DNA of 64,000 nt from Coraliomargarita sp. (GCA_965216325.1 OZ244160.1:2144001-2208000); one strand, 5' to 3'; numbered from the stretch's first letter, positions 54,905-64,000 are shown. The notes: generated by a model from the letters alone, not told the origin. Numbers and translations: made by a program.

Positions 54905-57475
54905 ATGCTTGCCGTGTGCACTAAACAAATGTCAGATTTTTCTTCTATGTTCAAAATTTCCGTTCCAAGATTAATCACCGTCGGTTTTCTTTTCCCTTCA
55001 TTCCTTAGCAGTTTGGGCGCGCAGGCACTGCTTATTGATGGAGGGACTGCCTCTGATGGCGCTAGTCTTTACAAGGATTTTGAAGTCGAAATTCCTGTAT
55101 CTGCTAATCCACTGAGTGTTGCTTCTGTGTCTGCGGATTTTAATGCCACGGATGGCAATGAAGGACTTTCTTCTGAGGAGATCAGGACTCGATTCATTGA
55201 ATGGGGTGATTCAGGAAAAAAAGCTGCATACATATTTTTGGTGGATGTCAGTGATGTTGAGGATACCTCTGAGCTCAGAACTGGCACCAAAACTGTTGAG
55301 GTTGGGATTTTTAAAAGCGATAAGGAGGTCGAGGTTCAAGAACAGCACATTGTTCCTGTTGATCGTGACGACATTGTTAGGGAATATGCGCGAATGCTTT
55401 CTGGGGCAGTCAGAACTTACAAGGATCCTGAATTTGCTTTGTATACCTACAGCGATTCTTTGGATAGGGATGTGAAGTTGGGTCAGTCACCAATCGATTT
55501 CAATGACGTGGCTAGGGGCTTGTTGAGTCCAAACACCGAAAGCAACTCAGAGAAAGCAGTTCTCTATCAAGCAATTTATGAGAGTCTGCAAGATCTAGCT
55601 GACCACAGTGCTGACCGAAAAGCACTCATAGTCATGGGGAGCGGCAGGACAGACGATGAGGCTGCTTTTGATGAACGTAAAGTCGTCGACCTGGCTGTTG
55701 CGTCGGGCATATCAATTTATAGTCTGGGCGGAAGCAGCGGAGAGCAGAATCGTGTATTCTTGAACTTTTTGAAGAATCTATCCGGTGGAACGAATGGGCT
55801 TTATCAAGAGGTGTCTAGTGATGGTGTCCAGAATATGGATTCCGATTTTATTCAGACCATTTTTGATAATATTGAAAATGGGGGCGAACTGCGAGTAACA
55901 CTACCAGCGAAACTTCAAGGTCGCGGTGATATCGAGATCGAGTTAACGCTTAGCGATGAAAGCGTTGTTCAAGTTTCTAGGCCTATAGAGCTAGTGGAAG
56001 CGACTGACTTTGCTTCCGCAGTGAACTATTCAGTTTTACTAGATGAGCAAAATGAAGCTAGCCAGACCTCTGAGCTGGAATCCAAAAATTTATCTACTTT
56101 CCCTGTCAGAATTGATCCGGATTCGAGAACATATGTCTTAGATTTATCGTTTAATAGGGCCGTTGATTTGGTCGATGTTAGCTTGGATGAATCCAGTAAT
56201 GTTGATTTCAAGTATACGCCATTTGAATCAAGTCGTGCCGATTCTGCATACGTCTATCTCTTAGATACGAGCGATACGGCTGACGAAGAAGACAAAGGCT
56301 TACACCTTGCTGTTTTCAAGTCAGTCCTCTTGCGGTTAATTGAGCAATCTAATGAGAAGCAACTTGCTGGAGTTGGAACCCTCGGGGATTCATTGAATAT
56401 GCTCTTGGCGCTCGATAAATATAACAAATCTGAGCTTACCAATAAGGTTCTCTCAATGGAGGAAGGAAGCTCGTCATATGGCGTCTCATCGAACTTCTAC
56501 GACGGTGCCTATCATGCAATTGATCAACTAGCTGAAGCTGACAATGAGACCCGCAAGATTCTAGTGGTCTTTTCAACAGGCCGAACCGAAGTAGGTAGTG
56601 GAAAGTATAGCATTCAAGCTTTATCTGACTATGCTAAAGAGGCAGGAGTGATTGTCCGAATTGTCGGGTTGAACGTAAAAAATCCGGATGCGTTACTCAA
56701 GTTTGAGCCCTTCAGCGCTAATGGCACTTTCGATGCAGTTACATTTGAAGAAGATGAGAACGTAGCCCTTCTGCCCTCATCCTTCTTTGAAAACTTCTAT
56801 GGCATCTTTGAAAATGGAGGACAGATTGAATTTAATCTTCCCCCAAGTAAGCGTATGACTGAGCAAGTTAATATGGTATTGACCTTCTCGGATGATGTTT
56901 CCTTTGAGTTCTCTTACCTAGTTGACCTTGGGGAGACTACACAAATTCAAAGTTCTGATAATTCTGATGATGTGGATTCTTTAGAAGATGGCAGCGAGAA
57001 GTCATTTCCTCTTATTGTGATACTGGTTGGTGCCGCAGTAGTCTGCTCTGTTATTATTGTTGTTGTAATTATTGCTCGTCGAAAGACACGGAATGTTGAG
57101 GTAACTGATCGATTGGTTGTAACATCTAATGATGAAGTCTCAGATTTACCACCTCCGCCTGATTTGAGTGGTTTTGATGGCGGTTCTATTTTTGGCTGGA
57201 TAGAAATGGTTGATTCTACGGGCCGTAAGCATCCGATCAATTTGCCTGCTTTTCGGATTGGTAGGAATGAGTCGAATGATTTAGTATTCCAAAATGACTC
57301 TGTATCGGGGTTTCATGCGGAAATTGTGGCGTCTCGTGATGGTAGTATCTCAATATCTGACTTAGATTCATCTAATAAAGTTTACGTCAATGGTCTGAAA
57401 GTCGACGTCGCAACTTTGAAAGACGGTGACCTCGTTGACTTAGGCGAAGTTAAGTTCCGATTTATCTCCAAGTAA
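54905..57475 (+). CDS. Exported tandem-vWA protein with TM and cytoplasmic FHA domain
   Basis: Signal peptide (start may be 54929 or 54947); two vWA-like repeats (YIFLVDVSD…KALIVMGSGR; YVYLLDTSD…KILVVFSTGR); TM; FHA (IGR…SVSGFHA…DLDSSN.V.VNG…L.DGD). Confidence 0.8.
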   Translation: MLAVCTKQMSDFSSMFKISVPRLITVGFLFPSFLSSLGAQALLIDGGTASDGASLYKDFEVEIPVSANPLSVASVSADFNATDGNEGLSSEEIRTRFIEWGDSGKKAAYIFLVDVSDVEDTSELRTGTKTVEVGIFKSDKEVEVQEQHIVPVDRDDIVREYARMLSGAVRTYKDPEFALYTYSDSLDRDVKLGQSPIDFNDVARGLLSPNTESNSEKAVLYQAIYESLQDLADHSADRKALIVMGSGRTDDEAAFDERKVVDLAVASGISIYSLGGSSGEQNRVFLNFLKNLSGGTNGLYQEVSSDGVQNMDSDFIQTIFDNIENGGELRVTLPAKLQGRGDIEIELTLSDESVVQVSRPIELVEATDFASAVNYSVLLDEQNEASQTSELESKNLSTFPVRIDPDSRTYVLDLSFNRAVDLVDVSLDESSNVDFKYTPFESSRADSAYVYLLDTSDTADEEDKGLHLAVFKSVLLRLIEQSNEKQLAGVGTLGDSLNMLLALDKYNKSELTNKVLSMEEGSSSYGVSSNFYDGAYHAIDQLAEADNETRKILVVFSTGRTEVGSGKYSIQALSDYAKEAGVIVRIVGLNVKNPDALLKFEPFSANGTFDAVTFEEDENVALLPSSFFENFYGIFENGGQIEFNLPPSKRMTEQVNMVLTFSDDVSFEFSYLVDLGETTQIQSSDNSDDVDSLEDGSEKSFPLIVILVGAAVVCSVIIVVVIIARRKTRNVEVTDRLVVTSNDEVSDLPPPPDLSGFDGGSIFGWIEMVDSTGRKHPINLPAFRIGRNESNDLVFQNDSVSGFHAEIVASRDGSISISDLDSSNKVYVNGLKVDVATLKDGDLVDLGEVKFRFISK

Positions 57476-57502
57476 GACCTGCTTCAATACGCTGAATATA
57501 AC

Positions 57503-57778
57503 ATGAAAATTTACACAATAGGGCGCTCGTCGGATGCAGACATTTGCTTGGGGCAGTTAAGTGAGGGAGGATCCGTTAGTGATTTTCATGCAGATTTGGT
57601 GCTTTCCGCGGAAGTAAATGATGTATTGCTAGTTGATCGAAATAGCAGCAACGGCACCTATGTTTGGTGCGATAACAATTGGGAGAGAGTTTCTCAGCTG
57701 AAGGTTGCTCGGGATTCAACCGTTTCCTTTGGCAAATGCAGAATTAAACTCAGCGAACTTATATCGAAAACCAATTAA
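57503..57778 (+). CDS. Stand-alone FHA domain protein
   Basis: TIGRSS.ADI…SVS.FHA.L…D.NSSNGT.V. Confidence 0.88.
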   Translation: MKIYTIGRSSDADICLGQLSEGGSVSDFHADLVLSAEVNDVLLVDRNSSNGTYVWCDNNWERVSQLKVARDSTVSFGKCRIKLSELISKTN

Positions 57779-57799
57779 GAGTAAATAGGAGATAGCAAA

Positions 57800-58384
57800 A
57801 TGACTGATGACGGGAAGACACGTATTATAAAGCGAGGCGATCAAGGACCTCCTCCCTTTGGGGGCGGTGTTCCAACGCGGGCCGGAGGGACTACGAAGGT
57901 TGATTCTCCGTCGGGTGCACCAGCACCTACCAGAAAAGTTGAATCGCCGCATTCTGTGCCAGCTAAGGCAGCTGATTCTAATAAAACAAAATTAGTTCGT
58001 CCACGGTCGGCTAATGATGCATCTGATGAGCAAGAGTGGAATCCAGTCGTAGGTTGGGTTGTGGTTGTTGACGGGCCTGGGAAGGGTAATAGTTTAAACG
58101 TCGGTATAGGGTATAATCACCTAGGTAGAGGTGATAATCACAGAATAAATTTAAACTTTGGCGATGAGTCTATTTCTCGCGAAGCCCAGGCCACGATTAC
58201 TTTTGATCAGCAGAGTGGGAAATTCTTTGTGATGCCATCTGGTCAGGGCGTGAATATGGTCTACCATAATAGCAATCCGCTTCTACAGTATCAGGAATTA
58301 GAGAAGGACGACGAGATTAAGGTAGGGGCGACAATATTGCGTTTCTGCCCATTTTGTTCTGCTGATTTCAAATGGGATGCCTAA
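57800..58384 (+). CDS. FHA domain protein with disordered Thr/Pro-rich N-terminus
   Basis: PVVGWVVVVDGPGKG, LGRG…D.SISR, N.VY.N…L…D.I.VG.T.LRF.PFC..DF.W. Confidence 0.85.
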   Translation: MTDDGKTRIIKRGDQGPPPFGGGVPTRAGGTTKVDSPSGAPAPTRKVESPHSVPAKAADSNKTKLVRPRSANDASDEQEWNPVVGWVVVVDGPGKGNSLNVGIGYNHLGRGDNHRINLNFGDESISREAQATITFDQQSGKFFVMPSGQGVNMVYHNSNPLLQYQELEKDDEIKVGATILRFCPFCSADFKWDA

Positions 58385-59134
58385 ATGATTCCTGAGTGGA
58401 ATTTTGCTGGTAGGCAAATTTTAGGCTGTCGAGAGGCCCAAGAAGATGCTTATGCATTTATGGGGTTGGGCAGCTCCAAAGCTTCAGAATTTGACCCTCT
58501 TTTTTTTGTCCTCGCAGATGGTATGGGTGGTTACACTGCTGGCGATGTCGCTAGTGGCTTAGCGACTGAAGAATTTTGCAAGCAAGCGTCTATCTCTAAA
58601 AAGGATTGGCGTCGTCTGTTTGAAGAAGGTTTGGCGGCTGCAAATGAGAAAATTGAGGCCTTGAATAAAAATGTTGGTGAGTCCGGTTGCACTGTGGTTT
58701 CTTCCATAGTTCATGGAGGTAAGCTTTTTTGGGTAAGTGTAGGTGATTCTGCGCTTTATTTATTTCGAGGGGGTGAGCTGATCCGGCTAAACCAAGATCA
58801 TTCACTGCGCTCGGAATGCATGCAAAGACTAGAAAAAGGCGAAATTTCAGCAGAAGAGGCGCAACATAATAGTAGCCTACTGTGCTCTGCGATTACGGGC
58901 GACGAGATTGAGCAAGTCGATTTGAATGTCGATGGACGAAATCTTCATGCTGGGGATATTATAATTGCAGCTACTGATGGCCTTGAGACGATCAATCATA
59001 ATGAAATCGAAAGGAAGCTTGGGAGAATAAGGCATCTTTCTGCATCTTCGATTGCGAGCGCGCTGCTCAACTCGGTAGAAAACGAGCGAAAAGATCAGCA
59101 AGATAACACCACGATCTTGTGCATTAAGCTATGA
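58385..59134 (+). CDS. PP2C/PPM-family Ser/Thr protein phosphatase
   Basis: R..QEDA, LADGMGG, VGDS, DHS, ATDGL, DNTT. Confidence 0.92.
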   Translation: MIPEWNFAGRQILGCREAQEDAYAFMGLGSSKASEFDPLFFVLADGMGGYTAGDVASGLATEEFCKQASISKKDWRRLFEEGLAAANEKIEALNKNVGESGCTVVSSIVHGGKLFWVSVGDSALYLFRGGELIRLNQDHSLRSECMQRLEKGEISAEEAQHNSSLLCSAITGDEIEQVDLNVDGRNLHAGDIIIAATDGLETINHNEIERKLGRIRHLSASSIASALLNSVENERKDQQDNTTILCIKL

Positions 59135-59175
59135 GCTGGTTTTCATGATACACAGCGATATATAGGTTTGGTTAA

Positions 59176-59910
59176 GTGGAGATATACACAAGTCAGCATC
59201 TAGGTGATCGGGAAGAGCAACAAGATCGTGTTTTCTGCGAAAGTGACTCGCGAGGCACTATTTTGTTGGTTGCTGATGGTGTCGGCGGAATGTCATTTGG
59301 CGAGCAAGCAGCTCAGGCCGTATCTGATACTGCTTTCAAGTTCTGGCAGGATTGGGAGCCAAACCAAGTTGATGCGTTACAGCTTTTGCAGAGTATCGCC
59401 GAAGCTTCTCATCTGGCTATCCAATCTTTAGGCAGCGCCCCGAAGTCAAACGCTCGATCAACTTTAGTTTGCGCGGCCATTGTGGATAGCCGCTGTGCTT
59501 GGCTTTCATGTGGCGATTCGCGACTCTACCATCTTAATGGTCAGGGTTCACTATGGAGGACTGTTGACCATTCCGTGGTTCAACTATTGGTCGACCGTGG
59601 GGTTGTTGCTGAGGAGGATATGGGGACTCATCCAGATCAAGGAAAGCTATATCAATCACTAGGTGGAGATGCAGATCCCGAACCTGATTCTGGTTGGCTA
59701 GATTTGAAGCAGAATGATACTGTCATACTGTCCAGCGATGGCTTTTGGGAACATATTTCGAAAAATGATATTCAATGTATGGCAAGTATGCCACATTCCT
59801 CTCTGGCTAGCCGGGTGGATAAGTTGGTCGAGGACTGCTACAATGGAGCTAATGGCTCTAGTGACAACATCAGCTTAGTCGTGGCTCGGCAGTCTGATAT
59901 CCGTCCGTAA
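59176..59910 (+). CDS. Second PP2C/PPM-family Ser/Thr protein phosphatase
   Basis: R..QQDR, VADGVGG, CGDSR, DHS, SSDGFW, DNIS; GTG start. Confidence 0.92.
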   Translation: MEIYTSQHLGDREEQQDRVFCESDSRGTILLVADGVGGMSFGEQAAQAVSDTAFKFWQDWEPNQVDALQLLQSIAEASHLAIQSLGSAPKSNARSTLVCAAIVDSRCAWLSCGDSRLYHLNGQGSLWRTVDHSVVQLLVDRGVVAEEDMGTHPDQGKLYQSLGGDADPEPDSGWLDLKQNDTVILSSDGFWEHISKNDIQCMASMPHSSLASRVDKLVEDCYNGANGSSDNISLVVARQSDIRP

Positions 59911-60037
59911 ACTCTTTTCGGCATCAGTGTAGAGTAGCTACTGGATGCGGTTAGTATTTATTCTGTTTTTGTCTTTATTTACCCCTGTAATTTTGTCTGT
60001 TTGAGGGTGATATCGCACACTAAATTCTAAACCGAAA

Positions 60038-61567
60038 ATGATCATGGATAGACGCCCAATTTTTCTTTATACGCGGATGACTGCTATCCTGTTGGGCACT
60101 CTGCTGCTGCCGACGTTTCTTCATGCAAAGATGGATCCGGATACACAGGCTGAAGTCGGAAACAGCGTTTTCCGAATTTTAAAATATTCGCAAGTCTACA
60201 GAACGGACATATCCAAGTTCCTTAAAACAGAAAACATTAATGACATAAAGGTGGCATCACATCCTTTCACTGCTAGTGTTGGAATGGGCACTGGGTTTGC
60301 AGTTGCAAAAAGCGATGACGGCAAGGGTGTGTTTATCATGACTAATCATCATGTTATTGACCATGATCCAATCGTTCCGGTGAAACGGGGCGATGATATG
60401 GAAGTGCTGTTTTACAAAAAACGATTTATGAGCCAGTATGCAGATTACTTCCTGGTGGTTCGCCTGAGCCCAGAAGGAAGGGGAATCGAGGTTTATGCTG
60501 GAGAAGTTATCCAAAGCAGTGAGAGATATGATTTTGCACTAATTTATATCGAAGAAGCTGATGTCTCAATTCTTCCATTTACTGATAAAGAGCTGATTGC
60601 TGGGGACTCGGTAACTGCAATCGGTTACCCTGGTATCGCAATGAATCGTAACAAGACTTTTGATTTCATAGACAAGTATGTTGCTAGAGTCGGTAAGGAC
60701 TTTGATGAAAGTGGTATACTGCCTCACAGAGTCGACCTCGTATCTGCTGTTGGTGATGAGATAAACGATTTTACGCCGAATTTTCAGTTTGGTGATGTTG
60801 AGAAGATTGGACTTTATTCCCCAAGCGCGGACTCAGAGTCTATGAAGGCGGTCTTCCACAGCGCTGGTATCGATAAGGGGAATTCTGGCGGGCCCATATT
60901 AAACAACTTTGGTGAAGTTGTTGCTCAAAGCACATGGGGTAAGTCTACTAGTTCTGGTGGGGATCAAAAGGTTTCTCAGCATGTTGAGGTCATTACGTCT
61001 TGGTTAGATAAATACTCGATATCCTATTCCGTGGGACGCTCAGTAGGGAGCTCTACAGTTCTTTATGTTGTGATTGGCTTTGTAGTCGTTTTGTGCGTAT
61101 TTGCCGCCGGATTTTTTGGGATCACACTGTTCAAAGTGAAGTCCGAAAATAGCTTACAAGGTTCTAATGCGGGGCCCAACAACAAGAGAGCGGCTGTAGG
61201 CAAAAATCCAGCGAAGACAAACCGAGTTAGGGGCGGCACATTACGCTTGATTTTGAAGGATAGGCATAGTGGCAGTGCAGTTAAGCAAATCGATGTAGAT
61301 CGAGCGAAATTTGATGGTAAGGGGCGCTATCTTGTTTTAGGGCGGGATTCAGCATTCTCCGATGTCGAAATTGCGAATAGTTCACTGTCTCGACAACACA
61401 TAGGTATCGTTTGGAGCCGCGATGGTGAAATACTTATTGAAGATCGTAATTCAACCAATGGAACAAAAGTTCGTGGTAAGTCTTTGGCGCCCTTTGAGGC
61501 TATTCCGCTGCCAGATCTTGTTGAATTTCAAATCGGTGAACTATTGGGGACTGCCCAAGTTATTTAG
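60038..61567 (+). CDS. Exported trypsin-like serine protease with TM and cytoplasmic FHA domain
   Basis: Signal peptide; GTGF, TNHHV (His), DFAL (Asp), GYPG, GNSGGP (Ser); TM; FHA (LGR…SLSRQH…D.NSTNGT). Confidence 0.88.
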   Translation: MIMDRRPIFLYTRMTAILLGTLLLPTFLHAKMDPDTQAEVGNSVFRILKYSQVYRTDISKFLKTENINDIKVASHPFTASVGMGTGFAVAKSDDGKGVFIMTNHHVIDHDPIVPVKRGDDMEVLFYKKRFMSQYADYFLVVRLSPEGRGIEVYAGEVIQSSERYDFALIYIEEADVSILPFTDKELIAGDSVTAIGYPGIAMNRNKTFDFIDKYVARVGKDFDESGILPHRVDLVSAVGDEINDFTPNFQFGDVEKIGLYSPSADSESMKAVFHSAGIDKGNSGGPILNNFGEVVAQSTWGKSTSSGGDQKVSQHVEVITSWLDKYSISYSVGRSVGSSTVLYVVIGFVVVLCVFAAGFFGITLFKVKSENSLQGSNAGPNNKRAAVGKNPAKTNRVRGGTLRLILKDRHSGSAVKQIDVDRAKFDGKGRYLVLGRDSAFSDVEIANSSLSRQHIGIVWSRDGEILIEDRNSTNGTKVRGKSLAPFEAIPLPDLVEFQIGELLGTAQVI

Positions 61568-61575
61568 GCTGATCG

Positions 61576-63516
61576 ATGGAAGATTCAGAAGGCATATACG
61601 GGTTCGCTCTCCCGAATGGGACAGTCATAGACAAATACAGAATAACTAAGGTTCTTGGACAGGGAGGCTTCGGTATTACATACCTTGCTATTGATGAATC
61701 TTTGGGAAAGCGGGTCGCAATCAAAGAGTGTTTCCCATCAGATGTTAGTTCACGTCCTGATGGAGTCACAGTGGCTCCACTCTCAGAAAAAAAGAAGAGT
61801 GACTTTGATTGGGCACTAAAGCGTTTTGTAGAAGAGGCACAGATACTCGCCAAGTTCGAGCATCCTAATATTGTGTCGGTAACAGATGTATTCCACTCGT
61901 CAGGCACAGCTTATATGGCGACAGCCTTCATAAACGGCATGAGTTTTGATGCGTGGCTTGCTGAATCTGGGGGGCGAGTCCCAGAACAATTACTCATTCA
62001 AGTATTTGTTCGGATTCTAAGTGGCTTGAAGCTGGTTCACTCGGAAGAGGTCCTTCACCGCGATATTAAGCCAGAGAACATATACATTGATACGCATGGA
62101 CAGCCCGTGTTGCTAGATTTCGGAAGTGCTCGACAGGCAGTTACAAATAAAAGCATGCCTGTCACATCAGTAGTTAGTCCTGGATACGCCCCCTTTGAAC
62201 AGTATTTTGAAGACGGAAATCAAGGGCCTTGGACTGATCTATATGCTTTAGGTGCAGTTATGTATCATGCTGTTACTGGAACTGCTCCACCAGAAGCAAC
62301 TCGACGTGAGAGAAATGACTCTTACCAGCCTTGTGCAGAAACTCATGCGGGAAGTTATTCTCGGGAATTTTTAGAGACCGTGGATTCCTTGTTGAGCCAG
62401 CAGGAAAAGGGGCGTCCGCAGTCTGTGGACGAACTTTATCAGTCTTGGTCAGGTTCAGCATTTTGGTCTCCTTACATTGGCGGTGTGACGATTGTTAACC
62501 CTGTTGTGTCCGAAAGCTCTCGGGGCACTTCTGTTGACGACAGCCGAAATGAACGCGACCCCGTTGCTATAAAGCGCTTCTTGATTCCCTTTATCGTGTT
62601 AGTGTCACTTATTTTAGTTTCGCTGTTAGCATGGTTCATGTTTGCCTCGGACGAAGGCCAAAATCCCGAAATACATACGGCTGATAGTCCGCGTAACGAT
62701 GTGCGAAGTGTTCCGACCGAAGTTAATACTAGATCATCACCATCCGAAGTGTCGGCACCTCGAGATGCTGTTGAGGAAGGATCAGTCGCCGAGAGAAACC
62801 CCATTCGGGAGATTTTTGCGGACGGTAATATCTCGGCATTTGAATTTACCCAATATCGTAGAGAGATTTTCGAGTTGGCTGATGGTGGAGACGTTCCTGC
62901 CATGCGAGCGATTTACAAGCATTTGGAAGCTTACGAGCCTGAGGTTGCCCTGAAATATGCAGAAATGGCGGCTGAGGCAGGAGATTCTGAGATGGCACTG
63001 CTTGCGGGGCAGAGACATGCCAAATCTAATCGTAATTACTCTAGGGCACTTTCCTTGTGGAAACTAATCAACGAAAACTCAGAGTATTATTCTGAGGCCG
63101 CTACTTTAATAGGTGAGTGCTATTTTAAAGGTCTTGGCGTGCGGAAAAATTCAAGTGCTGCGGTAGAATTCTTTGAAAAAGCAAGTAAAGGAGGCAGTGC
63201 TGAAGCATTCGTAAACCTTGGCATTATTTACTACAAGGGGGACGGGGTTCGGGGTGATTACGCGAAGGCTTATAATAGTTTTAGGGAGGCTGAAGATCTC
63301 GGCGCTGCAAGCGCATTGTTCAATCTAGGCGTGCTTTACATGAATGGACATGGTGTTGCTCAAAATATCAGGACTGGCGCTGATTATTTCCGTAGAGGAG
63401 CTATACAAGGCAATCAGGCCGCCATAAATGCTTACGCAAAATGTCTTGCTAACGGTCATGGAGTCCCTCAGAACATCCAAGAGTCTGAAAGATGGCTCCA
63501 AAAGCTAACCAATTAA
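61576..63516 (+). CDS. Hanks-type Ser/Thr kinase with TM and Sel1-like repeats
   Basis: GQGGFGITY, AIKE, HRDIKPEN, DFG, GYAPFEQ, D.YALG; TM; Sel1 repeats (NLG..Y..G.GV..D…A). Confidence 0.93.
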   Translation: MEDSEGIYGFALPNGTVIDKYRITKVLGQGGFGITYLAIDESLGKRVAIKECFPSDVSSRPDGVTVAPLSEKKKSDFDWALKRFVEEAQILAKFEHPNIVSVTDVFHSSGTAYMATAFINGMSFDAWLAESGGRVPEQLLIQVFVRILSGLKLVHSEEVLHRDIKPENIYIDTHGQPVLLDFGSARQAVTNKSMPVTSVVSPGYAPFEQYFEDGNQGPWTDLYALGAVMYHAVTGTAPPEATRRERNDSYQPCAETHAGSYSREFLETVDSLLSQQEKGRPQSVDELYQSWSGSAFWSPYIGGVTIVNPVVSESSRGTSVDDSRNERDPVAIKRFLIPFIVLVSLILVSLLAWFMFASDEGQNPEIHTADSPRNDVRSVPTEVNTRSSPSEVSAPRDAVEEGSVAERNPIREIFADGNISAFEFTQYRREIFELADGGDVPAMRAIYKHLEAYEPEVALKYAEMAAEAGDSEMALLAGQRHAKSNRNYSRALSLWKLINENSEYYSEAATLIGECYFKGLGVRKNSSAAVEFFEKASKGGSAEAFVNLGIIYYKGDGVRGDYAKAYNSFREAEDLGAASALFNLGVLYMNGHGVAQNIRTGADYFRRGAIQGNQAAINAYAKCLANGHGVPQNIQESERWLQKLTN

Positions 63517-63571
63517 TGGCCTAATTCTACAATCTCAAAACTACTAATTACTAGCCTTGCAATCCTGCAAA

Positions 63572-64000
63572 ATGAAAGCATCAAAAAACTCAATCGTCCC
63601 GATTTTTATAACTGGTTCTCTACTCGCATCGATGACTTTACAGACTGGTTGTAATACAACCGAGGCAGGTGGCACCGCAGGAGGGGCGGCTATTGGTGGG
63701 TTGTTGGGCCAGGCTATTGGTGGAGACACTGAGAGTACGGTGATAGGTGCCGCTATTGGAGGTTTGATTGGTAATGTTGCTGCACGATATTACGTTGCCA
63801 ATCAAGAGCAAAAGCAAGTGGCCGAAGCAAATGCTAGAGCTGCGGTTTTGCAATATCAACAAGAGCAGGAGGAGCTGAAGCTAGAAGCTGAAGCTGACCC
63901 TAGCGTGGAATACGTTGAGCAAGAGCTGCCACGATATATTGCTGTTGAAACAGCTGCACCTGAAGATGCTCAGCTAGCTGAAGGGGCAAAGCAGCAAGTG
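63572..64000 (+). CDS. Glycine-zipper lipoprotein; runs off the right edge
   Basis: Manual translation: MKASKNSIVPIFITGSLLASMTLQTGC NTTEAGGTAGGAAIGGLLGQAIGGDTESTVIGAAIGGLIG…; open to the window end. Confidence 0.8.
   Translation, partial: MKASKNSIVPIFITGSLLASMTLQTGCNTTEAGGTAGGAAIGGLLGQAIGGDTESTVIGAAIGGLIGNVAARYYVANQEQKQVAEANARAAVLQYQQEQEELKLEAEADPSVEYVEQELPRYIAVETAAPEDAQLAEGAKQQV

Noticed and set aside
54905..64000. Calling the FHA/kinase/phosphatase cluster a type VI secretion locus
   Set aside because: No tss, hcp, vgrG or clpV genes are in the window; this cannot be excluded beyond the right edge but is unsupported here.

Overview
Bacterial chromosome segment. Gene content and repeat style suggest Verrucomicrobia/Opitutales, which is an inference. 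It has three zones. (1) About 1-12.7 kb is a defence/accessory zone. It holds a DNA phosphorothioation-dependent restriction operon dptF-dptG-dptH (minus strand; dptH runs off the left edge; DptF carries an extra N-terminal HARE-type HTH), a stub of a PT-associated helicase/PLD gene, a SoFic-like fic gene, a cytochrome c-sugar dehydrogenase fusion and a DUF4160/DUF2442 toxin-antitoxin pair with a frameshifted toxin. These genes sit in mosaics of REP-like and short tandem repeats. (2) About 12.7-50.2 kb is housekeeping core: cobB, hisH, gltA, mnmM-like plus an FAD oxidoreductase, yraN, zwf-opcA, gltBD, accBC-asp23-amaP, epsI, an O-antigen ligase/FecR/CHASE2 cyclase operon, kdsB, trpB, trpG/pabA, nrdR, rnpB, fabV, a cyclophilin and a PAS hybrid kinase. 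(3) About 50.2-64 kb holds tandem genomic islands marked by two identical 29-bp copies of a tmRNA-like 3' end. The first is a 4-kb decayed element with a type IV TA pair, a pseudo-receiver and a truncated tyrosine integrase. The second is AT-richer and carries a compact Ser/Thr phospho-signalling operon: tandem-vWA-TM-FHA, two stand-alone FHA proteins, two PP2C phosphatases, trypsin-TM-FHA, kinase-TM-Sel1 and a glycine-zipper lipoprotein. This operon continues off the right edge and is the best candidate for an undescribed system. All protein assignments come from motif recognition; no database searches were run.
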